This document shows positions 47,994-58,099 of a stretch of DNA of 64,000 nt, in pieces. Below the pieces are notes generated by a model. The model ran no database searches and was not told the origin of the DNA. It was given only the letters and a program-made list of their open reading frames with translations. Source of the stretch: Candidatus Thorarchaeota archaeon SMTZ1-45 (GTDB lineage Archaea; Asgardarchaeota; Thorarchaeia; Thorarchaeales; Thorarchaeaceae); contig LRSL01000055.1 of assembly GCA_001563335.1 (NCBI GenBank), positions 13,030-77,029 on the forward strand. Reading direction: 5' to 3'. How positions within the stretch are numbered: position 1 is the stretch's first letter; each line of letters opens with the position of its first letter. Made by a program: the position numbers and the translations under genes.

Positions 47994-49682
47994 TCATGGT
48001 AGCGTGATTTTGGTGATCACTAGGTCTTCCTTTCGCAGCTCCATCTCGCCATTTTTCCCCTTGCGAATAATGATATTGTAATGGCCCTTCTCATTGGGGT
48101 CAGCATCAACTCGATAGTGAGCGCCTCTGCTTCCCTTCCGCATTACTGCTGCCTCTGCAACCATTCTAGCAGTTGTCACCATGTGAGCAAACTCTATTGC
48201 TTGATGCCAGCCAGGATTGAAACGTTTCACAGGAACATCGACCTTAATCTTAGGAACTACTTCTTTCTCAATTCGTCTCAGTTCCTTGACTGCATACTGC
48301 ATCTCGTCTTCTTTTCTGAAAATCTGGACCTTGTTCCACATAAGCTCGGTGAGCTCATCACGCGCATCTGCAGGAGATACGCCCTCCTTCCGCTTGAGCA
48401 TCTCTTCAAGATTCACAAACTCACTCATAATCGCATCGCGGTCCACACCTAGATGAGTGTTCTTTTTCGCATACTTAGCAGCATTTTCACCAGATAATGC
48501 GCCAAAGACTTGAGTGTCTGCAAGAGCATTCCCTCCGAGTCTGTTTCCTCCATGGACACCACCTGTACACTCACCAGCGGCATAGAGACCAGAAATGTTA
48601 GTGGCTGAGTCTTCATCAATCTTAATTCCGCCCATGAAATGGTGTGCGGTTGGTGACACTAGCATCGGTTCATCTCGGATGTCAACTCCAGCGTCTTCGA
48701 ACTGTTCAATCATGCTTTCCAGTCTAAACTCAATAATCGTTCGTGGGAGATGTGCTATGCTAAGATAGACACCTCCATCAGGAGAACCTCTTCCCTCAAG
48801 GACCTCGGTCATGATAGACCGTGCAACTTGGTCACGACCAGCAAGCTCCATGACCTCAGGATAATACCGATTCATGAATCGCTCGCCTTCATTATTCAGA
48901 AGAATTCCTCCTTCACCACGAACTGCTTCTGTGACCAGACGACCTTTGGCTGACTCGGGCTTGACCATACCTGTGGGATGAAACTGGACCATCTCCATAT
49001 CGATCATCTCGCAGCCTGCTTCGTAGGCCATTCCATAGCCATCTCCAACATCTAGCTGAGCATTACTGGTAACACTGAAGATTCTGCCTGCACCTCCAGT
49101 AGCCATGACTACAGCTTTCGCACGAAACACAAGGTAGTCTCCATACTTCAGGTCTACAGCACAGACACCAGCAATCTTACCATCTGTTACCAAGAGTTTA
49201 GTGGCAAACACTTCGTCAAACACACGAACTGATGACTTACGAATTCCCTCTGTGAGCGTGACCATTATCTCAGAACCGGTTCTGTCAGAGGCATAGGCAG
49301 TTCTTCGCCAGCTCTGTTTACCAAAAACTCTCTGAGCAATTTTACCCTCAGGAGTCCGATCAAAGACTGCGCCCATGTCTTCTAGGTCGAAGATTCTCTG
49401 CGGCGCATCTCTTACAAGTATCTCTGCCAATTTCTGATTGTTTAGGTAATTCCCACCGACAATTGTGTCCTTGAAGTGTGTTTCAGGATTGTCATCTGGA
49501 TCTACATTACCCAGAGAAACATTATAGCCGCCCTCAGCCATGGCTGTATGTGCCTTACCGAGCAGCTCTTTGCTTAGCATGATGACGTCCAGGTTGTGTT
49601 TTGAGGCCGCTATTGCAGCACGGCACCCAGCTCCGCCAGCGCCAACAACAAGAACGTCACACATGATTGTCTTGTAGTCCAA
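47994..49682 (-). CDS. tfrA: Fumarate reductase/succinate dehydrogenase flavoprotein (TfrA-like)
   Basis: VGAGGAG, AHTAMAEGG, QFHPTG, TEAVRGEGG, HHFMGG, HGGNRLGGNAL. Confidence 0.88.
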   Translation of the reverse strand: MDYKTIMCDVLVVGAGGAGCRAAIAASKHNLDVIMLSKELLGKAHTAMAEGGYNVSLGNVDPDDNPETHFKDTIVGGNYLNNQKLAEILVRDAPQRIFDLEDMGAVFDRTPEGKIAQRVFGKQSWRRTAYASDRTGSEIMVTLTEGIRKSSVRVFDEVFATKLLVTDGKIAGVCAVDLKYGDYLVFRAKAVVMATGGAGRIFSVTSNAQLDVGDGYGMAYEAGCEMIDMEMVQFHPTGMVKPESAKGRLVTEAVRGEGGILLNNEGERFMNRYYPEVMELAGRDQVARSIMTEVLEGRGSPDGGVYLSIAHLPRTIIEFRLESMIEQFEDAGVDIRDEPMLVSPTAHHFMGGIKIDEDSATNISGLYAAGECTGGVHGGNRLGGNALADTQVFGALSGENAAKYAKKNTHLGVDRDAIMSEFVNLEEMLKRKEGVSPADARDELTELMWNKVQIFRKEDEMQYAVKELRRIEKEVVPKIKVDVPVKRFNPGWHQAIEFAHMVTTARMVAEAAVMRKGSRGAHYRVDADPNEKGHYNIIIRKGKNGEMELRKEDLVITKITLP

Positions 49683-49765
49683 CTACAGTCCTCCGATGAA
49701 AATTCTGTCCGTGATTGAACCGTCGGGGCTAGACCCTCTCTTTAAGAGTTACTGTTGAAACCAAT

Positions 49766-49796
49766 AAAAAAAGCGAGAGGCAGACTATAGTCTGCC
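49766..49796 (-). terminator. Hairpin plus U-tract terminator after the fumarase beta gene
   Basis: Perfect palindrome GGCAGACTATAGTCTGCC (49779-49796) followed by T7 on the minus strand. Confidence 0.6.
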
Positions 49797-49808
49797 CTAG
49801 ACCTATAA

Positions 49809-50417
49809 TCACTCTTTGATTCCAATTTTAGCATAAACATCCGCTTTTCGACTTGCAACTAACTTGTCCATGTCTTCATGTATGCTACTTCCATGTGAGT
49901 CCATGGTGACTAACAGAGGGCCAAACTCCTCAGCAGTGATGACCCAAAGTGCTTCAGGCATTCCAAGATCCTGCCATTCATATGCCCGAACCTCTTTCAA
50001 CCCTTTAGCTGCAAGCGCACCACATCCACCAGTGTAGCTACAATAAACAGCTCCAACTTCTTTCAGAGCTGCTAGAGTCTTCTTCCCCATTCCACCTTTT
50101 CCAACTATCATTCGGGCTTTGTACTTGCGGAGAAACTCGTCTTCGAACATCTCCAACCGACCACTTGTAGTAGGACCAGCTGATACAATAATCCACTTTC
50201 CACCCTTTTGCCAAGCCACTGGACCAACATGATAAACCACACTACCCTCAAAGTCTACAGGAGGTCGTTCACCCTTCTCAAACATGTGTAGAGCTCGTTC
50301 ATGCGCTTCATCACGGGCAGTATAGACATGTTCACCTGTGACATAGACCACATCACCAACCTTCAGTTTTCGTGCATCTTCTTCCGAGATTGGGGTTGTC
50401 AAATGATGTTCAACCAT
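49809..50417 (-). CDS. Class I fumarate hydratase beta subunit
   Basis: LKVGDVVY, TARDEAH, AGPTTSGR, GKGGMG, DLGMPEA, MDSHG. Confidence 0.92.
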   Translation of the reverse strand: MVEHHLTTPISEEDARKLKVGDVVYVTGEHVYTARDEAHERALHMFEKGERPPVDFEGSVVYHVGPVAWQKGGKWIIVSAGPTTSGRLEMFEDEFLRKYKARMIVGKGGMGKKTLAALKEVGAVYCSYTGGCGALAAKGLKEVRAYEWQDLGMPEALWVITAEEFGPLLVTMDSHGSSIHEDMDKLVASRKADVYAKIGIKE

Positions 50418-50418
50418 C

Positions 50419-51306
50419 TTAGTTTCCCTCCAATGGATGTGTAAGATATGATACCTTCAGGTCTTTCGTGATTATTGCAGTACTACGCCTTGCAGCCCAG
50501 CACTGAACAGCTACACCAACAGGAAGGCTGGCTGGGTGCCGCATGGCATAATCGACCTTTACACCGAGAACTGTTGTCTTTCCTCCAAGACCCATAGGGC
50601 CAATTCCTGTTGAGTTAATAGCGTCCATGAGCTCTTCCTCAATCTTAGCAACCTCAGGTTCTGGGTGTTTGTCATTAAGAGGACGTAGAAGTTGTTGTTT
50701 TGCGATTTTGATCGCTATATCTGAACCACCACCGATACCTACGCCGATGATGTTGGGAGAACAAGCGGCACCCATGTAAGAGAGCGCGTTATCAACTACA
50801 AGTTTTTTCACTCCTGTCAGACCAACACCTGGTTTCAGCATTCCCACAATGCTGGCATTCTCACTACCTCCACCCTTTGGAAATGCTGTGATCTCTACAG
50901 AGTCACCATCGACAATCTCCCAATTTATCCACGGAATCTTCGCACCAGTATTATCACCAGAGTTACCTCCAACAATTGGATGAACAGCATTAGGTCTGAT
51001 GGGTATCTCTTTGGTTGCCTTTCGACTCGCCTCGGTGAGTGCTGCTTTGATTTCACCCATAAATGGGAATTTAGCACCCGCTCTGACATAGAAAATCATG
51101 ATTCCTGTGTCTTGACACATCGGAATTCCAGTTTCTGCTATCTCTAGATTTGTGAGGATGGCAGAAAGCTGGGTCCTTGCAGTTTCATCGGTTTCATTAT
51201 TCTTTGCAGCCTCAAGAGCCGCTTTGACATCTGAAGGAAGTTCGGTTACCGCCTTCTCTAGTAGACGAAAAGTAGTATCATGGATTACTTGGTACGGATC
51301 TTTCAT
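50419..51306 (-). CDS. Class I fumarate hydratase alpha subunit
   Basis: PMCQDTG, PKGGGSEN, ACSP, GIGPMGLGG, HPASLPV, QCWAAR; ATG at 51306. Confidence 0.92.
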   Translation of the reverse strand: MKDPYQVIHDTTFRLLEKAVTELPSDVKAALEAAKNNETDETARTQLSAILTNLEIAETGIPMCQDTGIMIFYVRAGAKFPFMGEIKAALTEASRKATKEIPIRPNAVHPIVGGNSGDNTGAKIPWINWEIVDGDSVEITAFPKGGGSENASIVGMLKPGVGLTGVKKLVVDNALSYMGAACSPNIIGVGIGGGSDIAIKIAKQQLLRPLNDKHPEPEVAKIEEELMDAINSTGIGPMGLGGKTTVLGVKVDYAMRHPASLPVGVAVQCWAARRSTAIITKDLKVSYLTHPLEGN

Positions 51307-51462
51307 TCGATCAGCTTCCAAACTGTAGACTTGTGAAGGGCGATAGCTCAGGCCCACACACAAGTCGCGAGAAAATAAGGGTGCTTAATCTGTGTTACTA
51401 TCAAGACCAAAGGCTATGACTATATACAGGATTGCAATGATTGAAGAATAGGAGTCCGATGA

Positions 51463-51951
51463 TTGATGGTTCTTGACTTGTCATTTGCTTCCATTATGTC
51501 GTTTCTCGCAATCATGGCACTCCTGTTAATCTATTCAGTTCTGGATTATCGTGATAGAAGAGTAACAAATGAGTTTGTCATTATAGGAGGTATAGTGGGT
51601 GGCATTATCCTAATACTCACTGGACATTTTACTTCTAACATAGTATTGCATCTTACCGCCTTATTGTTTGTAGTTCCTTTAGCTTATATCTTGTTTAGAC
51701 TCGGTTCGATTGGTGGAGCAGACGCGAAGGTGCTTGTTGTGTTATCGTTCGTTAGCCCAGGGGTTGAACTAGTCATATGCGACGAGCCTGTTCTGGAGGC
51801 TATTATAGCGCTTGGATGGGAACTAGTTGTCATGCTTCTGGGAGGTTATTTCTATTGGAGAGTCAGAAAGAAGAATGAGGCCTCAACTCCACCATTGATA
51901 CCGTTTCTCCTAGTAGGATACCTGGCATTACAGGTGATTGCAGTATTCTAG
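51463..51951 (+). CDS. A24-family prepilin/preflagellin peptidase, short form
   Basis: SVLDYRDRRVTN, IGGADAK aspartate motifs, PLIPFL. Confidence 0.8.
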   Translation: MMVLDLSFASIMSFLAIMALLLIYSVLDYRDRRVTNEFVIIGGIVGGIILILTGHFTSNIVLHLTALLFVVPLAYILFRLGSIGGADAKVLVVLSFVSPGVELVICDEPVLEAIIALGWELVVMLLGGYFYWRVRKKNEASTPPLIPFLLVGYLALQVIAVF

Positions 51952-52025
51952 GTATTCTTTGAGCTGACTTCCTTTTGTCTGCGAGCTCATTCCAATCCCA
52001 GACTTCCTATTCTTGAATGGAAAAA

Positions 52026-52382
52026 TTAGAGCAGTGTTAGAATCTCAGGCGGAATTGTGAAAGCATACATTAGAGTCCACAGAACGACCCACAGCATCAG
52101 GTACGAAGGCAATGAGTTGGTAATCATTTTCTGTGTACCGCCAAGAGTTTCCAGATCAATCTCTAGTATATACCGAATCACAAAGAGCGACAGTATATAG
52201 ACAAGGAAGCCGAATATCACTCCACGGGTTCCCGCGAAAATGGGGCCTGTAATGCCGCAGACCAGAGCACTGAGTAGAGCAAAGAAAATCTTCACATAGT
52301 ACTGTTGGTCATTTGGAGAACTAGCCCATCTTCCAAACATTCGTTTGAAGAGGTTCTTTAAAGGAGTAAGATTCATCGTCAA
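52026..52382 (-). CDS. EMC6/Rab5-interacting-protein-like small membrane protein
   Basis: Three TMs; YYVKIFFALLSALVCG...GFLVY...SYLMLWVVLWTLMY terminal motif. Confidence 0.65.
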   Translation of the reverse strand: MTMNLTPLKNLFKRMFGRWASSPNDQQYYVKIFFALLSALVCGITGPIFAGTRGVIFGFLVYILSLFVIRYILEIDLETLGGTQKMITNSLPSYLMLWVVLWTLMYAFTIPPEILTLL

Positions 52383-52455
52383 TCACTGTCTGATTGATGG
52401 GTGGTTCAATCGACGAGGTTATAATCGTGTCGGTTTGATTGCGAGATGAGAGGAC

Positions 52456-54471
52456 ATGAAAGACTCGATGAGTAACGTTGACATCAGGCTCATTCTACCA
52501 GAGCTACGTGAGTCAACAGAAGGAGCCTTCATCAAAAATGTGTATCAATATGGAGATATCTTTGTGCTGAAGCTCTACACACCAGGCGGTGGTACATCAC
52601 AGCTTCTCATTCATCCAGGTCATCGTATTCATCTCACAGAGTTCACTCGGAAGGCTCCAAGAGTACCACCAAAGTTCTGTTCGGTCTTACGGAAATATCT
52701 CAGGGATAAACGGGTCAGCTCAGTTAAGCAGCATGATTTGGATAGAATTGTTGTGATTGAGGTGGGGGATGATGAGAGCTCGTACAAGCTTGTTGCGGAG
52801 TTGTTTGGTACAGGCAACCTCCTTCTTCTAGACCCCAAAGACACTATCTTTGTGGCTATGAGATATCGAAAGATGCGGGATCGAGATATCATACCAAAAG
52901 CAAAGTATGAATTTCCACCACTGCGCGGAGTTGATGTACTAAATCTCGAAACAGACGCACTTCAAGACATTATCTCTGAATCAGATGCCAATATTGTACG
53001 GACTTTAGCAAGTCGACTCAATCTTGATTCCTTGAGCTGTGAAGAGATCTGTGCATTAGCGAATGTTTCACCAAGAGTAATGGCTCCTGAGATTGACAGT
53101 CAGACTCTAACAGACCTCCAAGCGGGATTGGATGCGTTTGTTGTAAAATTGAAGACAGGAGTAAATGAACCAAACATCGTTCTTGATGACGACCCTACTG
53201 AGGATGAAGAGCCTGAGTTCATTGCGTTTTTGCCGTTTCGTTTCGAGCTATATCAGGAGTTACCAGTAGAAACGTTTGATACATTTAGTCAGGCTATTGA
53301 TGAGTACTCTGGAGTTGCAGAGAGCGAGTTGGAAGATGATCAAGAGCAGGACGCTCTCTCAAGAGAACAAAAACGATTACAACGAATAATCGACAAACAG
53401 AATGAGAGCATAGATAATCTGGTTGCAAAGGCAAAGACTCTCAGAATCAGTGGTGAATTGATATACTCTCACTTTTCCGTTGTACAGGAGGTTTTAGAAA
53501 CAGTCACTAGAGCCAGAACAGGTGGAATGCAGTGGGAGGAAATTATAGCCAAGATTGACCAAGGTCGGCAGCAGGGGATACCATCTGCAAAGTTGGTCAA
53601 AAGAATCATTCCATCCCAGGGTCAAATAATAGTGAGGCTGAATGACACTGATGTGACATTGGATATTCGACTCTCAGCCCAAGATAACGCCTCACTCGCC
53701 TATGAGCAGGCCAAGAAATCGGAGGCAAAGGTAGAAGGTGCCAAGAAACAGATTGCGAGCACAAAGGAGAAACTGGAAAAACTAGAGGTCGTAGTTTCCG
53801 AACCTGAAACCAAGAGAGTTCCTGTGAAGGTTAGAAAGAAACGATGGTATGAGAAGTTCCGTTGGTTCTTCTCATCTGAAGGCTTTCTCGTTCTAGGAGG
53901 AAGAGATGTAAAGAGTAACGAAACCCTTGCGAAACGTCATATGGGAGCCAATGATGTCTTCTTGCACGCAGCTCTTCATGGTGCTCCATACACAGTAGTC
54001 AAGGTACCAGATGAGGCGCCTGGAGAAAAGACACTAGAGGAGGCTGCACAGTTTGCAGTCACTTTTTCAAGTGCATGGCAGGATGGGTTATCAAATGGTG
54101 ATGCCTATTGGGTGAATCCTGAGCAGGTGAGCTTTAGTCCACCCTCTGGCGAGTATCTACCGACTGGAGCTGTGATGATATATGGTTCAAAGAACTATAT
54201 TCGTAGAGTACCAATAGAGCTTGCAGTTGGGATTCTACTTGAGGAGGAATATGCTGTTCCAATCTCAGGTCCACCATCAGCAGTGTCATCACAAACAGAG
54301 TTCTATATCCAAGTGATACCAGGAGATACGAAAAAGGGGCAACTTGTAAAAGATGTGCTCAACCGACTCAGAGAGTTAGTGCCTGATGAGAGAGCAGCAC
54401 TGGTTAGTCAGATACCTCAGGAGGATATGATGCGAGTTCTACCTGCTGGTGGAGGAAAGCTAAATCTCTAA
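52456..54471 (+). CDS. rqcH: Ribosome quality-control protein Rqc2/NEMF (archaeal RqcH)
   Basis: MSNVDI, LRKYL, QHDLDRIV, ELFGTGN, WYEKFRWFFSSEG.LVLGGRD, HGAP, GEYLPTGA. Confidence 0.92.
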   Translation: MKDSMSNVDIRLILPELRESTEGAFIKNVYQYGDIFVLKLYTPGGGTSQLLIHPGHRIHLTEFTRKAPRVPPKFCSVLRKYLRDKRVSSVKQHDLDRIVVIEVGDDESSYKLVAELFGTGNLLLLDPKDTIFVAMRYRKMRDRDIIPKAKYEFPPLRGVDVLNLETDALQDIISESDANIVRTLASRLNLDSLSCEEICALANVSPRVMAPEIDSQTLTDLQAGLDAFVVKLKTGVNEPNIVLDDDPTEDEEPEFIAFLPFRFELYQELPVETFDTFSQAIDEYSGVAESELEDDQEQDALSREQKRLQRIIDKQNESIDNLVAKAKTLRISGELIYSHFSVVQEVLETVTRARTGGMQWEEIIAKIDQGRQQGIPSAKLVKRIIPSQGQIIVRLNDTDVTLDIRLSAQDNASLAYEQAKKSEAKVEGAKKQIASTKEKLEKLEVVVSEPETKRVPVKVRKKRWYEKFRWFFSSEGFLVLGGRDVKSNETLAKRHMGANDVFLHAALHGAPYTVVKVPDEAPGEKTLEEAAQFAVTFSSAWQDGLSNGDAYWVNPEQVSFSPPSGEYLPTGAVMIYGSKNYIRRVPIELAVGILLEEEYAVPISGPPSAVSSQTEFYIQVIPGDTKKGQLVKDVLNRLRELVPDERAALVSQIPQEDMMRVLPAGGGKLNL

Positions 54472-54608
54472 GAGTCGAGATTTGGTCTGGTATAATAGAC
54501 TACAGACACATTTAAAATCAGACAAGTGGCAATCCAGCTCGAGAAGACACTCTGCCAGTTGGTTGGTTGAGCGTCGGACCAACTTCTGATAATATTGAGG
54601 TAAAATAA

Positions 54609-55166
54609 ATGTCTGAACCCTCTCATTCAATGTTTGTGAGAGACATCATGTCTGTAAACGTCGTGACAATGCCTCCAGACGCAACAATCTTCGATGTTGC
54701 CACATCTATGACTAAGATGGATATTGGTTCCATAATCATCGTTGATGAAGATCGTCCTCTTGGAATAATAACGGAGTCAGACATTGTTAGACGTGTCATA
54801 GCAGAAGAGAGGGATGCAAAGAGCACAGCCGCCCGAGAAGTTATGTCATCACCCATAATTCATGTTGAACCCGGAACTGCACTAACTGAAGCTATGCGTG
54901 TGATGGCACGAAGCAACATTCGCCGTGTTGCAGTTCTGAAAAACAACTCGTTAGCGGGAATTATCACTTCAAGAGACCTGCTTCGTTGGTCCCCAGAGCT
55001 CATCGATATCCTTGTAGAGTCATTACGACTCAGGAATGAAGGCATCGAAAGGGAAGAGGATGATGAATATATTGCCTATGGAGGCGAGTGTGATAGCTGT
55101 GGTGAATACTCGACTGATTTAATCGAGGAAGATGGCGAGTATTTGTGTGAGAACTGCCGTGGTTAG
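54609..55166 (+). CDS. CBS-pair protein with C-terminal Zn ribbon
   Basis: VRDIMS, GIITESD, GIITSRD; GECDSCG...LCENC. Confidence 0.88.
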   Translation: MSEPSHSMFVRDIMSVNVVTMPPDATIFDVATSMTKMDIGSIIIVDEDRPLGIITESDIVRRVIAEERDAKSTAAREVMSSPIIHVEPGTALTEAMRVMARSNIRRVAVLKNNSLAGIITSRDLLRWSPELIDILVESLRLRNEGIEREEDDEYIAYGGECDSCGEYSTDLIEEDGEYLCENCRG

Positions 55167-55230
55167 TTGGTCGCGTACTCATTAACCAACTTGTATTGTG
55201 CAAGTGCAAATGTGATAGGAGACTATTGTC

Positions 55231-56049
55231 GTGAAAGTGAGCCAAATTATGGTCGAGCCAGCCACAATCGATAAGGATCAGAGGCTGTCCTATGCGCTCG
55301 AACAGTTAGAGAAGAAGGGTGTAGAAAGGTTAATTGTTGTTGAGAATGGGAATGTCAAAGGCATTCTCACATACGCTGACATTGCTGACAGATTGGGAGT
55401 AAGTAAGGTAGTAGCGCTCTCAATAAAGAGGCTCCATGTATCCAGTGCAATGACTGACACTGTCATTACAGTAGGTCCTGATGATGAGGTCACCGATGTG
55501 GCACAGCTCATGGTTGAGCGCGGAATGAGTGGTTGCCCTGTTGTGGATAATGAAGGTGCTCTTGTTGGAGTGATCACAAAGGTGCAAATATCTCAACTAG
55601 TTCAAAAGTTCAAAGATATTAAAGTCAAAGAGCTGATGACCACAGAAGACATCCTTCAGGTCAATCCAGTATCACGTCTTGTGAAAGCCAGAGGAGACAT
55701 GCTTGCGGCAGGTTATTCAGGCATCCCTGTCACTGATGGTGGTCGAGTTTTGGGACTGATCACAGAACGAATGGTTGCAGAGGCAATGGCCAGATTCACT
55801 GTAGAGGTGCCTGACAAGCACCGTGCAAATCAGGTCAGACAGATTCGTGTCGTAGATGCAATGCTACAGCAGCCCCCACTTGTAACGCCAGATGATTCGA
55901 TTGCAGATGCCTCAGGAAAGATGCTGGAGGCGAAGCTTAGTTCTTTGCCAGTTGTTGGCGCGGCCAATAGAATTGTTGGGATGATTAGCGCAACAGATTT
56001 CACACGATTTGTTGCAAACAAGTTTAAGGTCCCAGAAGCGTCTGAATAA
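55231..56049 (+). CDS. Protein with four CBS domains
   Basis: Four CBS motifs (GILT, GVIT, GLIT, GMIS). Confidence 0.88.
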   Translation: MKVSQIMVEPATIDKDQRLSYALEQLEKKGVERLIVVENGNVKGILTYADIADRLGVSKVVALSIKRLHVSSAMTDTVITVGPDDEVTDVAQLMVERGMSGCPVVDNEGALVGVITKVQISQLVQKFKDIKVKELMTTEDILQVNPVSRLVKARGDMLAAGYSGIPVTDGGRVLGLITERMVAEAMARFTVEVPDKHRANQVRQIRVVDAMLQQPPLVTPDDSIADASGKMLEAKLSSLPVVGAANRIVGMISATDFTRFVANKFKVPEASE

Positions 56050-56098
56050 GAGTGAATCCAGTGTCAATCTACGCTGGCAACACTGGCGTTGATGTTAC

Positions 56099-57412
56099 AT
56101 GACCGTGGATATGGTCCTCAAAGATGGCATTTTCATAGAGAATGGTAGGGAAACCGTACGCTCTGTGGCAATCGAAGCCAGCAAGATTGAGGGTGTTTAC
56201 AGACATGGAGAAGAACCTCAATATCTCGATTCAATTGATTGTAGAGGGCTCTATATTCTTCCGGGTCTGATAGATATTCATGTTCACCTCCGTGATCTTA
56301 AGGAGTCTGATAAGGAGGACTACGAAACGGGCACCATGGCTGCAGCTGCCGGTGGTGTAACGACAGTTGTTGATATGCCAAACTCAAACCCACCGGTTCT
56401 TGACAAGAGAACACTTGATGACAAGATATCTAGAGCACATGAGTTAAGTTATGTGAATGTGGGGTTCTATGCTGGAATACCTCATAACATTGATGATTTC
56501 GACGTTCAGATGATCAGAAACATACTTGGATTGAAGGTCTATCCTCACTCGCCGCTAGACAAACGCACAAATTACACTAGGGATAGGATTAGGGAGTGTA
56601 CCAAACTAGCAGTAGCAAGTGGGATTCCACTCCTGTTTCATCCAGACATTGCTACTCAGAAAAAAGAACCAGAGAACATTGAGGAGTTCTTACTTGCACA
56701 TAGCTGTGAGAATGAGGTCAAATCAGTACAGTCGTTCATTGATGCTAAGATTGAATATGAGGCCAGACTACACGTATGTCATGTCAGTTGTGCAGCGACT
56801 GCCAGACTGATTCATAAAAACCGAGCAGAAGATACACTGACCGCGGAAGTAACTCCTCACCATCTATTCCTTTCAGGAGGGGATTTTCCCCATGATGATG
56901 GTGTAGCTAAGATGCTTCCACCCTTGAGGTCTCCTTATGACAACAAAATGCTAATGGAGGCATTGTGTAAGACATGGGCAATTGATTGTGTTGCGTCTGA
57001 CCATGCACCTCACGAGAAATGGGAAAAAGCAGCACCCTTTCTGAAAGCAGCATCAGGAATACCTGGTCTTGAAACCACTCTACCACTCATGCTGACAGAA
57101 GTGTTCGAGAAACGATTGACATGGATAGACTATCTGAGGGTCTGTTCATCTGCACCTGCAAGAATTCTCGGACTTGAAACGAAAGGAATTCTCTCTAAGG
57201 GATATGATGCTGATATTGTATTGGCACGAATACAAGAAGGAACAATAAGAGGCAGTAACTTCTTCTCGAAAGCGAAAATCACTCCCTTTGAGGGAAGACG
57301 AGTTCTAGCCCGCCCTATAACCACTATTGTTGGAGGCGTGGTTGTGTTTGATAATGGTGAGTTTTTCACAGGACCAGGTATTGCGGGAAGAGTACCAGTT
57401 CAGAAATCTTGA
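56099..57412 (+). CDS. pyrC: Dihydroorotase (amidohydrolase superfamily)
   Basis: PGLIDIHVHLR, AAAGGVTTVVDMPNSNP, EVTPHHL, PPLR, SDHAPH. Confidence 0.85.
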   Translation: MTVDMVLKDGIFIENGRETVRSVAIEASKIEGVYRHGEEPQYLDSIDCRGLYILPGLIDIHVHLRDLKESDKEDYETGTMAAAAGGVTTVVDMPNSNPPVLDKRTLDDKISRAHELSYVNVGFYAGIPHNIDDFDVQMIRNILGLKVYPHSPLDKRTNYTRDRIRECTKLAVASGIPLLFHPDIATQKKEPENIEEFLLAHSCENEVKSVQSFIDAKIEYEARLHVCHVSCAATARLIHKNRAEDTLTAEVTPHHLFLSGGDFPHDDGVAKMLPPLRSPYDNKMLMEALCKTWAIDCVASDHAPHEKWEKAAPFLKAASGIPGLETTLPLMLTEVFEKRLTWIDYLRVCSSAPARILGLETKGILSKGYDADIVLARIQEGTIRGSNFFSKAKITPFEGRRVLARPITTIVGGVVVFDNGEFFTGPGIAGRVPVQKS

Positions 57413-57466
57413 AGAGTGCAAGATAAATAACGATGAAATTGCACAGACAGACTGAGTTGATACTTA

Positions 57467-58099
57467 GTGACATACACATACTCCGATGATGATGGGGTCT
57501 TTCTTGTTAATTTGGCTAGAAAGACGGTGGATGATATTGTACAGACAAAACAAAAATCAAAGATACCAGATGAAACGCCAGAACATCTGCGTGCCAAATC
57601 AGGTGTGTTTGTCACATTAAACTCAATCTTTCAGAATCGTGTCAATCTGAGAGGCTGTATAGGTCGACCATACCCAACTCAACCTCTAGTCGAAGCGACT
57701 ATTGATTCTGCTGTGGATTCTGCCATCAACGATCCTCGTTTTCCACCAGTCACACCAAAAGAGCTTGACAAGATTATAGTGGATTTGAGTGTTCTAACCC
57801 CTCCAAAGAAGATAGAATATACAAATCCAGAGGAGTTATTGGAGCTCGTAAAGGTCGGAAGAGATGGATTGATTGCTATCAGAGGTATGTTCCGTGGACT
57901 ACTGCTTCCTCAAGTGCCAGTAGACTGGAAGTGGAACACTCTGGAGTTCTTAGAGCACACTTGCAACAAAGCAGGACTGCCAGTTGATATGTGGAGAAAC
58001 CCTGAGACTGAGTTTATGTCGTTTCAGGCAGAGATTTTTGGTGAAGAGAAACCAAGGGGCAAGATTGTGAGAGATCCAAAACATCCAAGGTGTGATTGA
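57467..58099 (+). CDS. AMMECR1-domain protein (TIGR00296 type)
   Basis: GVFVTL, LRGCIG, DPRFPPV, GLLLPQV, KAGLP. Confidence 0.92.
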   Translation: MTYTYSDDDGVFLVNLARKTVDDIVQTKQKSKIPDETPEHLRAKSGVFVTLNSIFQNRVNLRGCIGRPYPTQPLVEATIDSAVDSAINDPRFPPVTPKELDKIIVDLSVLTPPKKIEYTNPEELLELVKVGRDGLIAIRGMFRGLLLPQVPVDWKWNTLEFLEHTCNKAGLPVDMWRNPETEFMSFQAEIFGEEKPRGKIVRDPKHPRCD

